From Vitrella brassicaformis CCMP3155 (Eukaryota; Protista; Chromerida), in contig CDMY01000480.1 in assembly GCA_001179505.1 (NCBI GenBank), positions 4,411-68,410 of the forward strand: a DNA stretch of 64,000 bases. The letters are read 5' to 3'. Below the pieces are notes generated by a model, which was not told where the DNA came from, did not search any database, and worked only from the letters and a program-made list of their open reading frames with translations. Below are positions 61,177 through 64,000 of this stretch, in pieces (the stretch's first letter is position 1; every line of letters begins with the position of its first letter). The position numbers were made by a program, and so were the translations under genes.

Positions 61177-63405
61177 ATGAGCACGGCACGCGTGGAAGCA
61201 CCTCCATCGCAGCCTTCATCTTCGACCGAGCCTGCTCCAGTGCGCGTGGAGATGCTGGACAGCCAACCGCGTACGACCAAGGAGGAGCGGAAGCATCGCC
61301 GGGAGTTTTTGCTGCTGCAGGCGTGTTTTATCGTGCTTGGCATAGGTTACCTGTTCCCCTTCAGCGCCCTATTCCAAGCCTACGGTGAGCCTCGAGCACA
61401 AGCAGACGTAGGCACTCATTGCAACGGTGGTGCGTGTGTGGTGCTGCAGACTACTGGCGATGGCTGTTTGAGCAGAACATTGAATTTGATCTCAATCTGG
61501 TGGGCAGCGAAAGGAAACCATGACGAGCTCACCGATCTGTGCTGAGAAAGGCTCGTGTTTGTGTTGTGTTCATTAGATGTTTTGGCTGGTCAACATTTTG
61601 TCGCTGTCGAGTGTGGTGCTCTTCTTCTCTCACTCCAGCATCACCAAACGCATCCTTGTCGGCTTTGTGGGACAGTTCATCTGTGAGCTGCGCCTGAAGT
61701 GACGAGCTAATGGATGCTCACATGAGCCCTTCCCTGTTTGCTGTGCAGGCATTTCTTTGCTGCCTTTCACTGCCCTCCTAAAGCCGGCTGGCCATCCGGC
61801 GGGCAACGCTCTCCTGGCCCTGCTTCTTACTCTTACCGGTGTGCTGTCGTTCATGACCGCATTACTTGACTCAGCCATCCTGGCCTTCGGCGCTCAGTTC
61901 TCCCAGGACATACAGCAGGCATTGCAGGTAGGGACAAGACACGCAGCAGAGACGGTGCTCGACTCGATCATCGATGGCCCACTGTGTCATTCATGTTTCC
62001 TTAATTGTCAGGTGGGTGTTGGCGTGTCGACTCTCATCGGTGCCATCTATCGAGACGTCACCAAGGCGTGCTTCTCGCGAGATGAGGGGCTGGTCGCGTC
62101 AACCATCCTCAACTTCGCCATCGGAAGCGCCACTCTGATGGGGTGCACGGCGCTGTTTGTGGCTCTGATTCGGTCGGACCTGTACCACAAACATCAGCTG
62201 AGAAACAGACGGAAGAGAAAGGTGGACGAGGAGGGGGGCGACCGCATCGACGCCATCATCCCTATTAACGGCAGCTCCGTCCATACCGATAGCACCTCGT
62301 CCACAAACTTCTCGCTGGATGTGACGCCATCTAGTGAGTCTGAGGTGCGTTGGCAGACGCGAACAGCCACCACTCCCTCCCTTGTATGTCACTGTCTCGT
62401 CTTGCTGTGTACAGAGCGGCCTGAGCGCATCACTGCTTGAGAACTCCGACCAGCCGTATTTCGCGTTCTCTCGTCAGTCCCAGCGGAGCACGTCATCTGG
62501 CGAGGAGACGGGTACAGCCCGCCGGGCGGACAGCACCGACAGCTGGAGCGGCCCGCAGCCGCCAAAGGCATCCATCGCCATGAAAGTGGGGCCGCACCTG
62601 TGTGTGCTGATGCTGATCTTCGTCGTATCGTTCGGTCTCTTCCCTGCACTGGTGGGCTGCGTCCACATGTTTGTATTCATCCTGATTGTGCGGCTGGTTC
62701 TTCATGTGTGTTTGTGGGTTTCGTTCATCAGATCACAACGATTCCTGCATACAGCACGCTGCTCAAACCTCTCAATAAGAGCCAGTGGTACGCATGTCCC
62801 ACACGAGATGCCATAGCGGCCGCCCATCTGCGTGTGCGCCCCTGTGTGTGTGCAGGTATCAGCTGCTGCAGCTGACGTGGTTTGCCGTCTGCGACACAAT
62901 CGGTCGGTTCCTGTGTCACATTCGGTTTGGCCTGACCCTCAAGACGATGCCAATCGTCGTGTTGGCTCGGTTCGCCCTCTACCCCCTCATGATTGCGCTC
63001 GCCACTGGTCGGCTGGCGAGCGACCTATTGACCACTTTGTCGGTGGCCATTTTGGGCTTTACGAACGGACATACCACCTCGCTGATCATTATTCTGGTGC
63101 GGCAAGTGGGAGGGCAGGGCACATGCGTGGCATAGATGTGCGTGAATGAATGGATGGATGTGTGACGCAGATAACGGAGTTTTGCTCTCCCAAGGAGCGG
63201 CAGTATGCGGCCACCCTGCAGGTACTTTCTGTCTGCCGCACACATGCCACCGACCGATTGAGCCATCATCAGCTCTTTCGTCAGCTCTTTCGTTTCTTGC
63301 CTGTCTTTGGTTGTTGCCTTGCAGAGTTTTTCTTTGAATGCTGGTCTGTTGGGTGGGTCTGTCGTCGGTTTTGTTGTGGCAGGACTGACGGGCATCGCGA
63401 ACTGA
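61177..63405 (+). CDS. Equilibrative nucleoside transporter (ENT/SLC29 family)
   Basis: FIVLGIGYLFPFSALF (TM1), ALQVGVGVSTLIG, LIFVVSFGLFPAL, FAVCDTIGR and LGFTNGHTTSL, with about 11 hydrophobic helices. The last exon ends SFSLNAGLLGGSVVGFVVAGLTGIAN* (63405). Confidence 0.92.
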
Positions 63406-63575
63406 CCACTTTTTGCCTGCTCGTGCTGCTGCGCTAGTCGCACACAGAAGATGTCTTTGTTCGTTTGTTTGTTTGCTAGTGGAGGGGGGGGAAGGGACCA
63501 GCTATTGCTGTTGGTAGTGGTAGTGTGTTTGCAGGGTGTGCACCGCCTTTTGTCGAATTGTGGATAGGCGTGACG

Positions 63576-64000
63576 ATGGAAGCGGAATTTGACTTTCACG
63601 ACCCCCCCAAAAGCACCAGCTGGGGGAGTGCTCTACGGTACTTCGTGTGTTCGCCCGATCGGTTCTTCCGGGGTTGCCAATCGACCGACGTAAAAAAAAA
63701 ACCACCGAAAAAAACGGAAACACAAAAACGGATAAGACGCCAGAAAAGCGCATGCAGCCCCCAGCCCCCCTTCAAAATCAGTCCCAGCGTGAAGGAGGAG
63801 CAGCGTCGGAGGTCTCATGAAGGCCCCTCACGTACAACGGCGAACAGAACTCGGGTGAGAAACACACAGCATGGCGATACAAAGCAACCTCGTCATCAGA
63901 TCAATAGCCAGAGAGCGTTGGAGGTGACAGGACAGCCAGCCTCTTGAGTAGCCAGAGCAGCGTCAGGTGAGAGGATGATTACTAAGGTATTGCCTGTGAT
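63576..64000 (+). CDS. 5' part of a hypothetical gene running off the window
   Basis: MEAEFDFHDPPKSTSWGSALRYFVCSPDRFFRG..., followed by candidate GT donor and AG acceptor sites. No family recognised. Confidence 0.4.

Noticed and set aside
508-63405. Purine theme: OHCU decarboxylase and a nucleoside transporter in one window
   Set aside because: They are 60 kb apart with ~24 unrelated genes between them, and no other urate-pathway gene is present. Not a cluster.
1-64000. Hundreds of short ORFs rich in HTHTH, CVCVC, DGWMDG and RQTDRQ peptides, and long antisense ORFs
   Set aside because: These are translations of intronic microsatellites or GC-rich antisense shadows of real exons. The poly-X ORFs are artefacts of the N gaps.

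Overview
GC-rich, intron-dense eukaryotic genomic DNA with about 26 spliced protein-coding genes and two 300-N scaffold gaps. I found no rRNA, tRNA, CRISPR array or intact transposon. The organism is inferred to be a chromerid alga such as Vitrella brassicaformis, based on short GT-AG introns full of (CA)n/(TG)n/(CAGA)n/(GGAT)n microsatellites, a bipartite plastid-targeting leader, an IF1-like ATPase inhibitor and centriole/flagellar genes. Genes recognised by hand-splicing: OHCU decarboxylase, a secreted beta-propeller-like protein, an M3 metallopeptidase, UFD1, IF1-like, Nup107-like, a small plastid membrane protein, an ERI1-family exonuclease, CCDC81-like, a helical-repeat/RING protein, LRRC45-like, V-ATPase subunit e (absent from the ORF track), an acylated EF-hand protein, an F-box/ankyrin protein, a CCCH zinc-finger protein, a tandem paralog pair, a CENP-B/pogo-type HTH protein and an equilibrative nucleoside transporter. 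The most interesting signals are: (1) many introns have AC-rich repeats at the 5' end and complementary GT-rich repeats at the 3' end, which could form splice-site-bridging hairpins; (2) an intron-containing CENP-B HTH gene with no DDE domain; (3) a RING finger split by a 54-residue helical insert, lying downstream of an in-frame TAA; (4) a tandem paralog pair with a 67-bp identical island. All family calls are from motif recognition by eye; no searches were run.
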